A stretch of DNA of 57,250 bases, counting the filler, from Platydemus manokwari (Eukaryota), in assembly GCA_037951405.1 (NCBI GenBank). It is 5 parts of 5 records of this genome, joined end to end, with 100 filler letters (N's around TTAATTAATTAA, not from the genome) between each part and the next. Parts side by side here need not be neighbours in the genome. Positions count along the whole stretch, not along the records: positions 37,906 to 46,696 come from JBBMOY011349427.1; positions 46,797 to 57,250 come from JBBMOY011132773.1; 3 more parts are not named here. One strand, 5' to 3'. Position 1 is the first letter of the stretch. Each line of letters starts with the position of its first letter. Of this stretch, positions 37,906 through 52,537 are shown piece after piece. The position numbers and the translations under genes are program-made. Below the pieces are notes generated by a model. That model was not told the DNA's origin. It worked only from the letters and a program-made list of their open reading frames with translations, and made no database searches.

Positions 37906-40900
37906 CACATCAAAACCCCACACAAAAAAAACAACCACCTCAAAAGCTATAAGGTGTGTCAAAAATTATGATGACCAGTATAGTAAAATCAATAACATCG
38001 TTGAGACAATAATAGAGGTATTGGTAATGTTTAAATTAAATAAATCATTATCTACGCCGTTCCATTTATCTTCATATAAGTTGAAAATGTCGAGGCGATA
38101 GAATGACATTAAAATAAGATCTAATTACTACTTGAAGGTCAAACGGACTCTATAGACTAATAGAGACGTAGATATCGATTAATCAAGTTCAATAATAATA
38201 AATTAAAATAAATCAAAGACCCCGAAACATAACAATATAATAAATGCAAATTATTGTGTTTTATAATTATCATAGGCGTATTTACAAGCTTTAGTTGTCA
38301 CCATGGTCTTGCTCATAATACTATGTTAAAATTATATTTTCAAATTTTATTTTCAACTAATCGATTTCTCCTGATAAAGTCTTAATCAAAATATTGATTT
38401 ATTGAAAATATTGTTAATATAATACAAAATATTTGTATAAACACTAGATCATATTTGTCCTGAATTCATTAATAATATCGAAAAATTTATTTTTCTCTAA
38501 AAGTTCGATTAAGGCAAGGAGATATCAAAGAAAATAAATTTTTTATGGCGACTCCATATAATTGTAATTAAAGGAGGAAATATGGATTATAAATTTCTAG
38601 GAAAGTTTTGTCAAAAAATATTAATATTCATAAAAATATTGATAATTATGGATTAAATAGTTGTCATTTGTTTATTAGATAAAGAATAAGTCAAGGCTTA
38701 ATTTATAATTTATAAACTATTTATATAATTATTACTTAATACAATCATTTAACTTAATAAGTTGCAATCCATCAAGAAATAAACCAAAATCGATTATTTT
38801 CCACACAATAAATTCAAAGATCTTCTTCAAGCTCAAGTTTATTTGAAAGATTTTTATGTCTGGTTTGTGACAAATCAGTTATTTCAATCAAGTTGTTCGT
38901 TTATTTATTTGAAATTTATTATATTGGGTTAATTTTCACCAAATATTTCGATTTAAACGAAATTTTTTCGAAAAAAACCAAATCATTTACCTTGCAAATG
39001 ATGGATAATCATAATCGAAACATTACAAAAAATCATATGAAGATAAAAAATTCAAACGTAATATGATTTGATATATAATTATCTAAAAATTATTATTATG
39101 TGAATTTTAGTGATTTCGATAAATAAATTAATATTAATATTATTTTCGAGTGTATTAAAAATTAAATATCGATATCATGAAGTTGTTGTGCAATAAAGTA
39201 TTTGATAACACGGAAAAATTTATGTTTCATTGACGCTATAAAATGAGACTGTTTCTGCAATGTTCATTTTTTTGTTGTAAAAATACATTTACCATAACAT
39301 AACTGCTCCATTATCGAAATCGATATCATAAATGGATCATCAAGCTGCTTTTGTCAACAATTTTCGTATGTATCAATACAAGCAAAGTTATATGACACGT
39401 TTATAGGAGAATATCAATGTAACGGAAATAGGCTGTCGGATTTCAATATGAAAACAAGAAATAACCATTGGTTCTGTTTTGATCATAAATAATGGAAATA
39501 AATTAAGAAACAAACGAAACCTGTCATGCATAAAAATATGAGAATTTATCAATAATTGTGTATAAATTGAAAAAGGGTTGTTCGAAATAGAGCAATATGT
39601 TTAGCTACATCGATTTGTGAAAGTGTGGAGTTACTTAAATTCATTTATTTGGGTAGCTAAATTATTAATCAGTCATGGTAAAGATAAATTACTGTTTTCC
39701 ACCAATGGCCGTCATATAATTCCACATAAAAGCAATTTGATCTAAAACGTCTTTTTGTTACGGTTGAATTATATATTGCGGCTTCGAAGCATCACTGAAA
39801 GTTTTCTTCAGTGAAAATATATTTATTTTTTTACTAACATTTATTTTTTTTTAAAATCCAATAAAAAAATCAAATGGGCTAATTATTTTTAAAAGTTCAA
39901 CGAGAACACTGATTTGTATTCCTTGATAGGAATAGGAGAATATTCGACGAATTAAATATCCTGAAATGAACCAGATGATTGAGAGTACCGGGCTTGGAAT
40001 GAAAAATACAGCCTTATTCATTTAATATCAATAGTTGCTCGATATCAAAATAAAAATAAAATCTATTTCCAATTACTATTGATTTATTTTACTTAACTAA
40101 TAATTGTGATCGAATTATTTATTAATTTAAACGATAATTGATAGCGAGCACTAGATATAATGACATAAACCAATAGTCAAATCAACAGAATCAAATTGTT
40201 ATTTGCAGACATATTGTCATTGGCGTCAGAACATCAAAACTTCCTACGGATAAACTAGTATTTGTAAAATTGATCTATTTTGTTCTTATTGTTTATGAAA
40301 CATATAATAGACGACTGGATTTGAGAAGTAAATCTATTCCACTATCATTATTCAAATTGAAATCACCTTCGATAAATTGAATGGTCAAGTGCAATTTATC
40401 ATTTTAATTAGAGTTTCATCAACAAAATAGATGTCATTAAAACATTGGTTTCGAGTTATATAAATGTTGTTCAATAAATATCTATTTTTGAATTTTTTTT
40501 TTACATTTTTCGCAAATTAATAATTAATCAATAATCCTTTGATATCACTGTATATTTTATAATGGGTTTTTATTATGAATTTTTATTTTATGATTATAGG
40601 TCAGGTTTTGATTGCATGTTATCAACTTGTGTGAAAATTTAATTTTTTATAATAATAATATTGAATAATATGCAAGAGCAAGCGAATTGAAGAAGAGAAT
40701 ATTATAAAATATTAGTAATATAAAGAATTAAATTTTTATTATTTGATTATTATTTTTTATAATAAGAGGAAGAGAACAAAGTGAAGGAGCATGTATTATA
40801 AAAAATAATAGATAAATAAACAGTATTTTGTGGACAGTTAAGGAAAATTCCAAAGCGTTATGTGCAACCTAATAAAGAAAATCATTATAAAATTATTCTC

Positions 40901-43900
40901 AATGGCAAAAAATTCGTTCCAAACAAAATATTGAAAATGATAAAACCTATTGACAAATCCGATTTGAAACCAGTCTCTGAAAAATGCTACAAAAAAGTTC
41001 TTTGGAATTTTCGAGTTAATAAAGATGAGTAAAAGCATCTTTGCTTAATAGTAATAATGATAAAGCGAAAAGTAATAACAATTAAATTATTTAATACAGT
41101 TTTCGTTAATCAAATATAACTTGCGAGCACTGAAAATAATTCTTCAATGAAAACAAACCATCAAAGATGTCAAATTTTATCAAATAAAATGCAATCAGTA
41201 AAAGACTTTTGATTTTAAATTAGTATATAATATGATTTACCTTAAACTGGTCAACACAGGAGTTGTGTACCAAAGATTCGGATTTAAATCGAAGTAAAGC
41301 AATGATATTTGTTATTTCGAGAGATGAAGAGAAAGTCCATTAAAGAGGAATTAATGTATTTTTCATTTCTTTTAATCGATAAGTAGATGTAACAGCGTGT
41401 CAGTATTACCATTGATATTTTTAAAACAATGTTTTGTTATAATGTTCTCAAAAACGTAATAGACCGTTTAATATGGGATTTATCAAGATTATATTCTAGT
41501 ACTCAATTTCAGATCTGTTCAGGGACTTTTTTGAACTAATCTACATTTGGGTCTTGAGTCTCTGTACGAATTCGAAATATCTATAATTTTTTATATCAAT
41601 ACCCCTTTTAATTAGAACTCAGACAATAAAAAAGGAGCGGCTATACGTTCTAGTTGAGAACATTTCCAGTAGGAATGATAAAAATAATGGTAATAACGAT
41701 AATAATCATGATAGTGACGATAATAATAAAATATCAATAATTTTTAATTCGTGTTCATCGTCTCTTGAACATTTTTTCAATTTCGTCTGATGAGCAGTTG
41801 TATTATTATCAGGCATATCGATTGAATTTAACAATACCCATGGAAACAAAATCATCCCCATATGACGATTTATCAAAATATAAAAAGTCTCTGTCGATCG
41901 ATGAAGATCACAATTGAGAAAACACAATTTGTTTTTAATTATTTCTGGGGGAGTATTATTGTTTTATCTCGTCAGTTCTTATGTTCGTCACATTAATTTT
42001 AATTGGTTCGAGTAAATTCCTTTTTAGGTTCTCTTACTCCATTTACCCATATAATCGGTCAGTATTCTCAAAAACAAAAGTCAATGAGCTATCAAAACTA
42101 ATGCTTTTAATATTGTGTACATAGTTAATTTTAATTTGTTATTATTATCCACCTTTAATATATTTATACTTTCATTTTTTTGTGTTGGAAGGTGAATGTT
42201 AAGGAGTGGATTACCACTCAAAAGCATGAGTTCCTTTATACGTATAAGAATTTTATTTTATTGATAGTCATTTAATGCACACAAATTCAAATATACGATT
42301 TATTGAATTAATCACAAAATTCACACAGTTCAGCTTGATCGATAATTTACAACAGATGAATATAATAATCTTATGGGGAACGCACGAATTGTGGAATCTC
42401 CTTAATGGTTTTGAAATACAGATTTTATGATAAAAATCTTATTATCTAAACCAAAAGATTTTGTTATAATTAAGTATTTACCAAAATCTGTTATCTCGAT
42501 TGTTAATTTGTCAAAAATTAATTCATTTTTTTCCCAAGTATTGATTATAAGTTTACTGTAACAAAAATTCGAGTTTCAATTATACCTATTATCACAGCCG
42601 CCTAAATTGGTTTCAAGCTTTATCGAAATTTTTGAGGGTGAAATAACCTTTTTTAACGTAGACGTTAGATACTTTGTACCACGATCATTCATAAAAGTTT
42701 AATATTTTGGGTACCGTGATTATTGCTAGTTGCCACAATTTCCCCATCCTCGAGATTGAAATCAAAAGTCATTTTTTTCAGAACAATAATACATTTATTT
42801 TTACATCAATTTTCAAACATTTTCAATTTTAAAACCCAATTTTTAAATTTCCAAATTAAACTTTATCCCATCAGATTTGTCTACATTTTTGTAAAAATAT
42901 AAAAATTCCTACATTATTATATTATATCTATTTTTTTAAATAAAAATTTCAATTTTATTGTAATAATTTTTTATGCTGAGAGTTTAGCAGTATTGTTTAG
43001 CAAGATCCTTTTATAAATATTAAAACGGTCTATTTATTTTTAACATAATTATTTATCGAATTTTTAAAAGTCATTTGGTTCTTTTAAAACAAACTTTAAA
43101 ATTATTATGTGATATTTTTGGACATTCATATTTCTACGTTGTGAGATTTCTTTTCATTATAAGACTCTTTGTTTTTCAACGAATATTGCTTCGAAGTGGT
43201 TTAATATACTGGCATACGGTCATTGGTATCCTTTATTATCTGAGTAGAGTACAAGCCAACCCATGATATTATCGTAAAAACAGAGTTGGAATCTTAAAAC
43301 TAAAATTTTCGCCGCCTTTCATCTTTGTAAATACATATTATTGAAAAATAGTGATGTATTTCCGACGATAAGTTGTCCTGGATAATGTAGATGTAAATTG
43401 CAGTAATTAATTCGTAATTACATGAACGCATTTTGAATATAAGAATATTTTATGAGAATAGAATTTTCGCTAAATGAATATCTACATGTGTTGGATGAGG
43501 TTTAACATTTTGTGAATGTTTGAAGTCGACTACTTGTTATGATGTTTCACTACAACAATGTCGATGGATATTAATGAGGTAAGATTTTTGAATTTTTCAA
43601 ATCACGAAAATCTGGACGTGATTAGAAAATTATTGATTGTATCAAACATTATTTTAAATTTTAATCCGATCAAGTAAAAAATCCAGCTTCATACCCATTG
43701 TCACCAAATCGAATTTCTGTATTATTATCAATAAGCGCTCTCTCGAGAACACAGAAAAATATTTGGGGATGCAGAGATAATATTTCTAATAAAAATCATT
43801 GTTAATGCTTCAGGATAAATAAAAGCTATTCTCTTGTTCTTCAATGAATTCACGATATATAACGAAAGTCTAAAATTTCTAACAATCAATAATTTCTCAG

Positions 43901-44006
43901 TGTTGAGTTACGTAGCTTGTAAAATCGATTTCTATTAATTAGTTATTTTTATTTTTATTTTTATATTTTTCTTAATTAACCAATAATTTTTTTAAAAGTC
44001 GAAAAT

Positions 44007-44892
44007 TCAAGGGTCCGGAAAAAAAATTTCGTTTTTCTACGTCGATGAAATCTTATCAAAACCTAAAAAAATACAATTCAAAACATTTATTTGTGAAAAT
44101 CGTATGTGCAATTATACAAAAAGTGTAAGCAAACTATAACAGAGCCTAAGCATAGTCTTCATCAGCTTCAATGACACTCTGGAAGTGACGTGTGAAATTT
44201 TGAAACTCATTTGTAAGCTTGCTCTCCGATGTTGACTCCAAATATTGGCGAGAATCATTGCTCACTTTTTCTGAATTATCGAAGTTTTTTTCGCATCGGT
44301 AACCGTAGTTCTGGAAGATAAAGCGATATATGCGGTTTGTATCGGGTGAGTAGACTGGCTACGATGTTCTTAAAACCAACGTCGAATTACCTGTGCTGCG
44401 TGAGTTCTGACGTTGTCATGCTGAATGACCATTTCTCAAGCAGTTAGTCTTGTTTGTAATTATAAAATCATATTCTGCAGGAATTGTAGGTATCAATCAC
44501 CGTTGATGGATCCACCATTGCGAAGAATTTGGAAATACTTTAGTGATTTTGCATAGTTGCTGGCAACAATAATCATAACTTTGCGATCAGATATTGTCGG
44601 CCTAGCAAAGGTTGGACGATTACCTGTGCCATAGATCCAAACAGAGTTACATTCTATTGGAAGTAAATCCACTTTTTTATCGTTCACAATGATCTTTTCC
44701 TTAACCCTTCTTGACGAATAAACACTCAACATATTTTGACAGCAAGTGACTCTGATTCCCTTCTTACTATCTATCAGAATATGAGGTACCGATCTGTTAC
44801 AAATTGACTTCTTTCCAATGGCTAGACAGCTTAAGTAGCAATCTTGACGCACAATAATGACATTCTCTTCTGCAGTGCACGTTCTTGTTCTT
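44007..44892 (-). mobile_element. Decayed mariner (DD34D-type) transposase with 3' TIR; 5' end missing
   Basis: Minus strand: RTCTAEENVIIVRQ (HTH), IIVND/KWIYF (first D), RKVMIIV, GGSINGD*YLQFL, IQHDNVRTHAA (second D), C-terminal VIEADEDYA* with stop at 44146-44148. TIR-like AAGGGTCCGGAAAAAAAATTTCGTTTTT at ~44009. Confidence 0.88.
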
Positions 44893-46696
44893 TTTAATTA
44901 TTCTTGATTTATCAATTTCTATTTGTTAGTCTTTAATTGGTTCCTTAATTTACATGTCGTAGGTCTTCTCACACCCTTATTTCGCAGACCATTTTTGTGA
45001 CTAGTACCTCGTATGTTTATACTGTGATGCACAGTCTCATAATTCATCATTTTGTGTCTATCAGTTCTCTGAATATGCATGGCATTGCTCGATATTTTAG
45101 CTTGATGGTTATGTTTATTGAGTTTATAATTTAGTGTTCTATTGGTGCTCTCTACATCAAGCCATTTGTTTAACTATTATTTCTTTTATTTTCTTGACTT
45201 TCGAGCTTCTTATTTTGTTCATTTATTAGTTGGACTAGTTTTATACTTACTGGTGGACAAGTCTTGATATTGGCGGCCAGGTTTTAATTCTTTCTCTATT
45301 GCGTCATGATAGGCACCGATTACTCTTCATGGGGTAATTTTTAGTGTTTATTCCATAATTTTTAATTCTTATTCTCATTTTCTTTCATATATTTCTTGCA
45401 TCCTGACCACCAGATTTTCTGTATTATTTGTTTCACTAACGTAAGGCTAAATTCGAAAAGCAATCTTCCTTTATATTGTTTCGTCTCTATTAATATTATT
45501 AGTTTCTCACAATTTAGTGAGACCTTTTTTATTGTACAACTTTCACTTTAACTGGTATATTTCATATTTTTAGCTAATTTCCTCTAATATAGGTATCTCG
45601 TTTATTAAAGCTACCACCAGTTTTATTAAATATGGTTATATATATTTTATTCCAATTGATGTCAAATAGGTTTCTTTAATAATTGACATTTTGGGGCGGC
45701 ATTCAAGGTAACCGAAACTTTATTAATTGTGTATGTTATTCCATTCACATAACTGAATTATTTGATATATTGCTCCACACGTTGTATTCTCTTACTTTGA
45801 AAATTATTTTCATCCTACGATGTCATGTTTTCGATTGTCTTGATGATTAAGGAAATATAATTACTGGCTTATCTCACTTATATATTCATAGGTTTCCATG
45901 ATATTCGTCATTATATGCTTATTTATATTACAATTATTCCAATTCGGTTTATTATTTCAGTCATTATTACGACTATTATTACTTTAAATATTATTGCAAT
46001 TATTATCCCCATTGTTTCAATTATTGTTGCATTCTGATGAGCTTAGTCCTTTTTCCTTGTGGAATTGTCAAATAATTTTTTCATTACCCTTCAATTCATG
46101 AGAACAATATTTGTATCTTTCAGATTTTCTTCTGAAAAGCCAATTAGATTTTTTAATGAGTTTGAAAACATAATGCTGCAGCCTTGTCATAACTATTCAG
46201 GCTATACTTACCATCCTATTTGTGCACTTCTTGGTGTTGGTGTTGCTTATGCCACTGTTTCCAAAATATTATGATAAAAACTAGATTAAAATAAAAGAAT
46301 AAAATCAACATTATAATTTCTAATACAAATGGAAAATCAAGTGTATCAAGAAATAAGTAGATAATCTCTAAGGATAACGTCTTGCAAATAATAGATAAGA
46401 TAATGTTACACTTCTATATAAAATATTAAATTACTCTTTGCTGACTACTGATTCCTTTCGTCATTATATCACGTTTGGTCCTATTTGCAACATAAATATT
46501 CCTGCTGATATGAATAACTTAATCCATTTCATAATCGTGGTCACCTTCTGTTTACATATCCTTTAGCAACCTTAATGACTCTTTTTCTTCTCGTAATTAT
46601 TTCCAACAAAATTATAGTAATAGTATTTAATAATATGTCTACCCAAATAATATGACCATCGATTAATTAAAAACAAAAATGTATTTTTAGCTTTAG
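44893..46696 (-). mobile_element. Possible 5' end of a decayed LTR retrotransposon (LTR, PBS-like site, gag-like debris)
   Basis: Minus strand: TATATAGAAG in the LTR-like part, then TTTTGGAAACAGTGGC (PBS-like) near 46251-46266. Stop-riddled coding-like sequence follows (PYVSETNNTENLVVRMQEIYE). No diagnostic domain. Confidence 0.3.
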
Positions 46697-46796
46697 NNNN
46701 NNNNNNNNNNNNNNNNNNNNNNNNNNNNNNNNNNNNNNNNTTAATTAATTAANNNNNNNNNNNNNNNNNNNNNNNNNNNNNNNNNNNNNNNNNNNN
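46697..46796. other. Artificial assembly linker
   Basis: 44N-TTAATTAATTAA(46741-46752)-44N. Confidence 0.97.
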
Positions 46797-49700
46797 ATTA
46801 TATATATATATATAATCTGTAATTTTAAATTAAATAAGTATTTAATTATTTATTTAAATTATTTAAATCTTAAGATCTTTCGGTTATCCAAAATTATTTT
46901 AGCGAAAATTTTATTTTAAAATTAAATCACTTTTAACTTAACAATCCTTTTTGGTGAGGTTATTTTTGGATAAATCATTTGATAAATCCAGTTAATCCGA
47001 ATATAAAAATTTCTTGATTTTTCACTGAATTGAAATTAATAAATGCAAGTTTGAAATTCGATTTCACTTAGGATTTCAACCAAATATATCGATTAAACAA
47101 TTTCTCATCTAACCTTTATAGGAAGAGAAAGCTTCGACAAAATACTCGAAGCTAAGCCAACTTATTTTCAAATTCGATAAATTATTTTAATACAATATAT
47201 TATGTCCCCTTGAGTATAAATAAAATAGTTGAAATCATTATTGAATAGCGATTGATATTTGACTTTTGTATTCTTATATTTAAGGGTCAATGTTGATATA
47301 TTATATAAAAACAACTTTATGGAACCTTAATCTTAAAATTTGGTTTTTGCAATTATTGTATTCAGAATATTCATTTTTACATGATTTCTTGTTAATATTT
47401 CGAATTTCATTTCATAAAACCTATCAAAGTTTAATATATCAAGCGTTGAGTAAAAAAATTTTTTATCCATTTTCAGCTTATTAAATTGAGATTAATTCAA
47501 TAATGTCAAAAGATGAAATTTCGAAGATATTTTCTTTTATATGTCAGCTAGTTCATTAAATTTTTCATTCTAATCGCTAAAAATTTCTATATTGGATCAA
47601 TATTGTTCAAATTTTATAATTATATGTGAATTTAATATTTAAAAAGTTAATTTTTTTGTAGGCACTAAACAATATTATGTCATCTGAAATTAATATATTT
47701 TCTCAAACTGATTGACTTTCTTCATAAAACTATAGTTGAACTTTAAAATGAGTTCAGAATCTTGAATAATTAGAGTTTTTGGTCGTATTTGTTTTAATAT
47801 TATACATGAATATAAAGTTGTTACATGCTGCTCCGCAGATATTTGTACAATTTACAATCGAATAGAATTTAAATTTCGAAAATTATGTCATTTATTTGCG
47901 AATATTTGAAATGTCAATCTGTAATGTATTGTTATTTTAAAAATGTTTTCTATATTGGTTGGCTTTTCATTCTGAATTTCTTCACAGGATATTCAAACCC
48001 TATTGGTTAAGAGCTTTTAATTTTTGTGATAATATGTATAAAATAAATAATATTTGAAATAATATCTATATTATATTTGGTGCTTAGATTGTTAATTAAT
48101 TATTATTATTAATATTCGGAAAAGATACCTCGGATCTATGATTATGTAACCAAATTTGTTATCCGTTATATTTTAATTAACAAATTTTTAAATTGAATTA
48201 TTTATTATTGTTATTTATTCTTTTGGCTTTCATTGATATAATATTTAATTTTACTTTCAAATATGAAAATGAGTATAATAATGATTATAAATAACTTAAT
48301 GATTATAAAACTTAAAATATTGCTTAACTTATAATAATAATGCACAAATGAGAAAATCAATGACCATGAAATTCTCAAAATACACACAAATAAAGAAAGT
48401 ATTTCCAAAATCTAGAATTTTAGATAATTTTACAATTAACAGCCATCATATTATTTATGGAATCGATGGTACAAATTTTTGATGCCGGTTATTTAAGGTA
48501 ATCAATTGAAATATGATTTGTTAAATAGCTAGTTAAATTGACTATCCAATTGAAAAGTTTAATCGGTTTGATGCACAAGATTTGCTGGATGAAAATATAG
48601 AATATCGAAATGATTAAATTGAAGTGTCAAACATTAATAAATATTTTAAAAGGTCAATTGAAATGTTTAATTAAACTGCCAAAACGTAAAAAGCACGTTC
48701 ATAAAAACCATAAATTGCTTCATTAGAATTTGTAAAAATTGAAAGAGAAATCTGTAATGAATTATAACTATATTTAATGTCTAATCTGAAGATATTTACT
48801 ATTCATTTATCATGAAATAATATTTATTTCATTTGATTGAAATGGTGCCAAATATAGAAATCCAAATCATGGGTTGACTCATTTTTAACGTTATTGCAGC
48901 ATTTGATTTCACATAGCTTTTACTAATCATAATTTAAAATTATAAATTGACAAAATAGAAATATTTTGAAAAAATGATCATAAATGGAATTGAAAATAGC
49001 TCTATCTTTATCAATATGATGTGTAATTAATTTATATCAATTTTAAAGAACGTTACAATATTTTTGAACAAAACTGATGTATCCAGTGACATTTATACTT
49101 AAATTTCATTTTAAGATTCCTTAAATGTCAATTAATTAAATTCCAACGATTCTCTTTCATGTTAATACCTACGCTAAATTTTATTTTTGCATTAAAAAAA
49201 ATGTTCACCTTGCACCACTAGTTTATTTCTTCTATTTATATGTTGAAAATTCATTTCATAAACCAAAACCAGCTGTTAAACAGTCTAAAAATAAATCGTT
49301 ACTTGGAAGAAATTTTTAAAAAAGTTGTTTCTTGAAATTATAATTGTTTCACTTAAAGATAAAAAATTTTCAATTTTATTTCAACTAAATGAATGATTAG
49401 TAAAAAAAATAATTGTCTTTGATAAACTTTGCTATCACCAAACTTATTTACTCCAAAAATACTAAGAGTTTTTTCTGAACCTTGTAATATTAGATTTTCA
49501 AATTATTTTTTGTCGCTTTCCTTCATCGCATATTTATGAAATTTAGGTTTTGTTATGTTTTTCATTTACTAGTGATACGATCTTTATTTTACTTTTATAT
49601 CTGACACATAAACGATTTGTGAATGCTCTTCAATTATTTCGATACGTGAAGTCAATTGGTTTTGATAAATTGATAAAAATGTGTTTCTGAAAGCACAGGT

Positions 49701-50596
49701 AGCACTATATGACAATTGCAAAAATAGTGAAGCGAAGCAGCCTTTAATCAATAACAGAATTATTATTTTTTAATCCTTGAATTAATAAAAATTTCGATAG
49801 ATTTTTTAATTCTAATTTTTCTAAATATAATTCAAAATAATTATCTATTATTTCGATTTCTTTTTAAGTTTATCTATTTGTTGTTATTGGATTTTAAAAT
49901 GTTATTATTTGGTAAGATATGCTATAAATTTATACGTTCTATATCATGATTATATTATTCATTATATTTATAAAATTTAAGTTTCCATCTATTTGATTAT
50001 AAATGATAAACTGAAACTTTATTATTTGGAATAAATTTCGATATTCTAAACACGATTTCACTGATTTTGAAGATATTTAACAGATATGGGCTGGATATTT
50101 GTTAGGTAAAATACGAGTTTAAAGAATAGCAAATAATTACTCTTTCCAGGATTTTTGAATTATTGTTCACTCGAATTTTATCTTAATCTCATAATTATTC
50201 TGTAATGATATATTTCGCATCAGTAATGTCTAATATTTCTTATTTAGTAACCCCTGATCTGTAGGTTTGATATTTATATGAATTGTTATTCAGATATCTT
50301 TCAAATGATTATATTCTGAATATTATTTATTTTAAATATAAAAATTCCTTTTTTAAATGGGTATCACCGGTTAAAGTTATTCAAATACAGACATCAACAT
50401 AAATGCTAATAATTAAGGATTTACTTTTTGATATGAGTACAAACTGGCTTAATATCTTGGAAGAAATAAGATTAGGAAATTTTCCTTTCAATTTTTTTTC
50501 ATAACTTTATTGTTCATTGAAAAGAGAAAAAACTTATATTATTAATACTTCATTTAAATTTCCCCAACGAAAATTAAATAATATTGTTTGTTTTAG

Positions 50597-51094
50597 CCAA
50601 ATCCCAATCGAATGATTTACATAGAAAACATTCCTCAAGAGGAGCAGAAAATAAATCGCAGAACTGAAGTCCTGGTTTCAGTGTCCCATTGTCAATTAGA
50701 TTCGAAAGTCTTTTTTGGTATTCCATTTACCATTAAAGTTGTAGATAAAGAATCAACTAGCGATTTGAGAAATCGAATTCGACTTCGTATCGATTGTCCT
50801 GTGAAGGAATTCGAAAAGTGGCAATTGGCTTTGTGTACAAATAATCTAGAAAAACCATCCAATAGGGGTGCATTTTCACCTAAAATTTTGACTGAAGAAA
50901 ACACTCCACAGATACGTATAGGTTTGTTTGAGTCAAACTCGAGCTTTTGCAACGTAGCATTTGACAATTATGATCAGAATTCTGAACCTTTAATAACTAT
51001 TGATCAGCCTTGGTTGTGTCTTGATCATAAGATGCCTGTTGTCAAACGAAACAGATGCAATATTTCCGAGAAACCTATCAAAATTCACAATTGA
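50597..51094 (+). CDS. USP7: USP7/HAUSP terminal exon (end of UBL4, UBL5, C-terminal activation peptide)
   Basis: TTTTAG acceptor ending at 50596. Translates RMIYIENIP..LVSVSH..FGIPFTIK..KEFEKW..PWLCLDH..KRNR..EKPIKIHN*, versus human RIEEIP..VTVAHF..FGIPFLLR..KEFEKF..PWLGLDH..KRSR..EKAIKIHN. AATAAA at 51184. Confidence 0.95.
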   Translation, partial: PNPNRMIYIENIPQEEQKINRRTEVLVSVSHCQLDSKVFFGIPFTIKVVDKESTSDLRNRIRLRIDCPVKEFEKWQLALCTNNLEKPSNRGAFSPKILTEENTPQIRIGLFESNSSFCNVAFDNYDQNSEPLITIDQPWLCLDHKMPVVKRNRCNISEKPIKIHN

Positions 51095-52537
51095 TGATTA
51101 GATTAAATTTATGCATATTGAATATTGTTAACTCTTATTTCACAGTAGTATGAAGTTCCTGATATAAATATTTATAGAGATGAAATAAAAACAACTTGCT
51201 GGATACAAATTTCATCTGCCGAAATTATGATTATGTTTTCATGATTTTTTTGTTGTTTGACAAATTTGACTGCATATAATGATAGATTGATTTTGATGAA
51301 TTGTCTAATTTGGACTGAATAAACAAATATACAATATAAGATACACGTTGAAGCAGCTTTTAATTTCATATTTGCTTATCATCATATTAAGATAAAAGTT
51401 TGACATTGATATTGTGACAAACTGAATTAGAAACGGTATTTTATAAAGTTTTGTACATATTATATAAATAGTAATTTGTTGGTATTATTTAATACTATTC
51501 AATTATGACTCCGAAAGAATATAAGTAAACGTATACCAGAATTTTTTAACATGGTATGCAGAAAAGAATTCTCATGAGGCTGTTTTGTAAATAAAATGTT
51601 TATTATTGTTGTAAATTGTGCATTTCAATGACGTTATGGTATTTTTTGTATAGAATCTCCTTATACTGAACTTTAGCAACAAAGATTTTTATCGAACAAG
51701 GATTTAGTAATATAAAACTATTAACTTTTTAATTATATTTTTGTTGCTTTTATGAAAAAGTACTTGGAAAGGATTTTCAATCTAGCAAACATGTTTTCAA
51801 TGATAGTTAAGTTTATCGGTTAGTTTAATACGTATAATGTGGGTTGAAATAAATTGGAGACCTTGCCATATTGTTATACGTGAAAATCAAAGAGTTTATC
51901 CATTATTACAGAGAAATTGTTTTCACTCAAGTAACAATTTTTAGGTTCAATCTTCATGAATTATAAAATATAAATAATTAATCCAATTTTGGTGACAAAA
52001 TGTTACAAATACAGAATAATCATAGTGGGTAAGAATTAGGAGCTTCAGAATGGAATAAATTATCGGCAAAAATTTCAATTTGATACTATGCGTCAGGGCA
52101 TTTGTTAATTCATAAATTTAAGCTGATTTTATTTTTAAAAATTTTTACCATAATAAATGTATTTGTGAATAAAACCAATGCTTTCAATTTTACGACTATA
52201 TTAATTGATCAGAAATTTTTATCAGTTCACCATAAAAATGAAATTAAGTTTTACTTTAAAGATTTTGAATAATTATTGTCAAACAACAATTGACTTTCAT
52301 TATATATTTTGACGTTTAAATTTATAAACATTCTCTGTCCTCCAAATAAACTGAATTTTCAAATTCAATAACAATTAATAACACTCCGAATATTCAATAG
52401 TATAATCCTTTTTGCGTGTCTTAGGCACCATCTATTTAATGCCTCCTAGAAACAACATCAGAAGTAATTACATATGAACAGAAGGATGTTATTTTTTAAC
52501 TACAATTGAACGTAATTTCTTATATGATTAATGAGCT

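Noticed and set aside
41780-41800. CTGATGAG hammerhead-like cores (also 46034, and GAAAC at ~29680)
   Set aside because: No stem II-GAAA-stem III arrangement could be built.
42000-42020. GGTTCGAGT tRNA T-loop/B-box-like motif
   Set aside because: No cloverleaf or A-box upstream.
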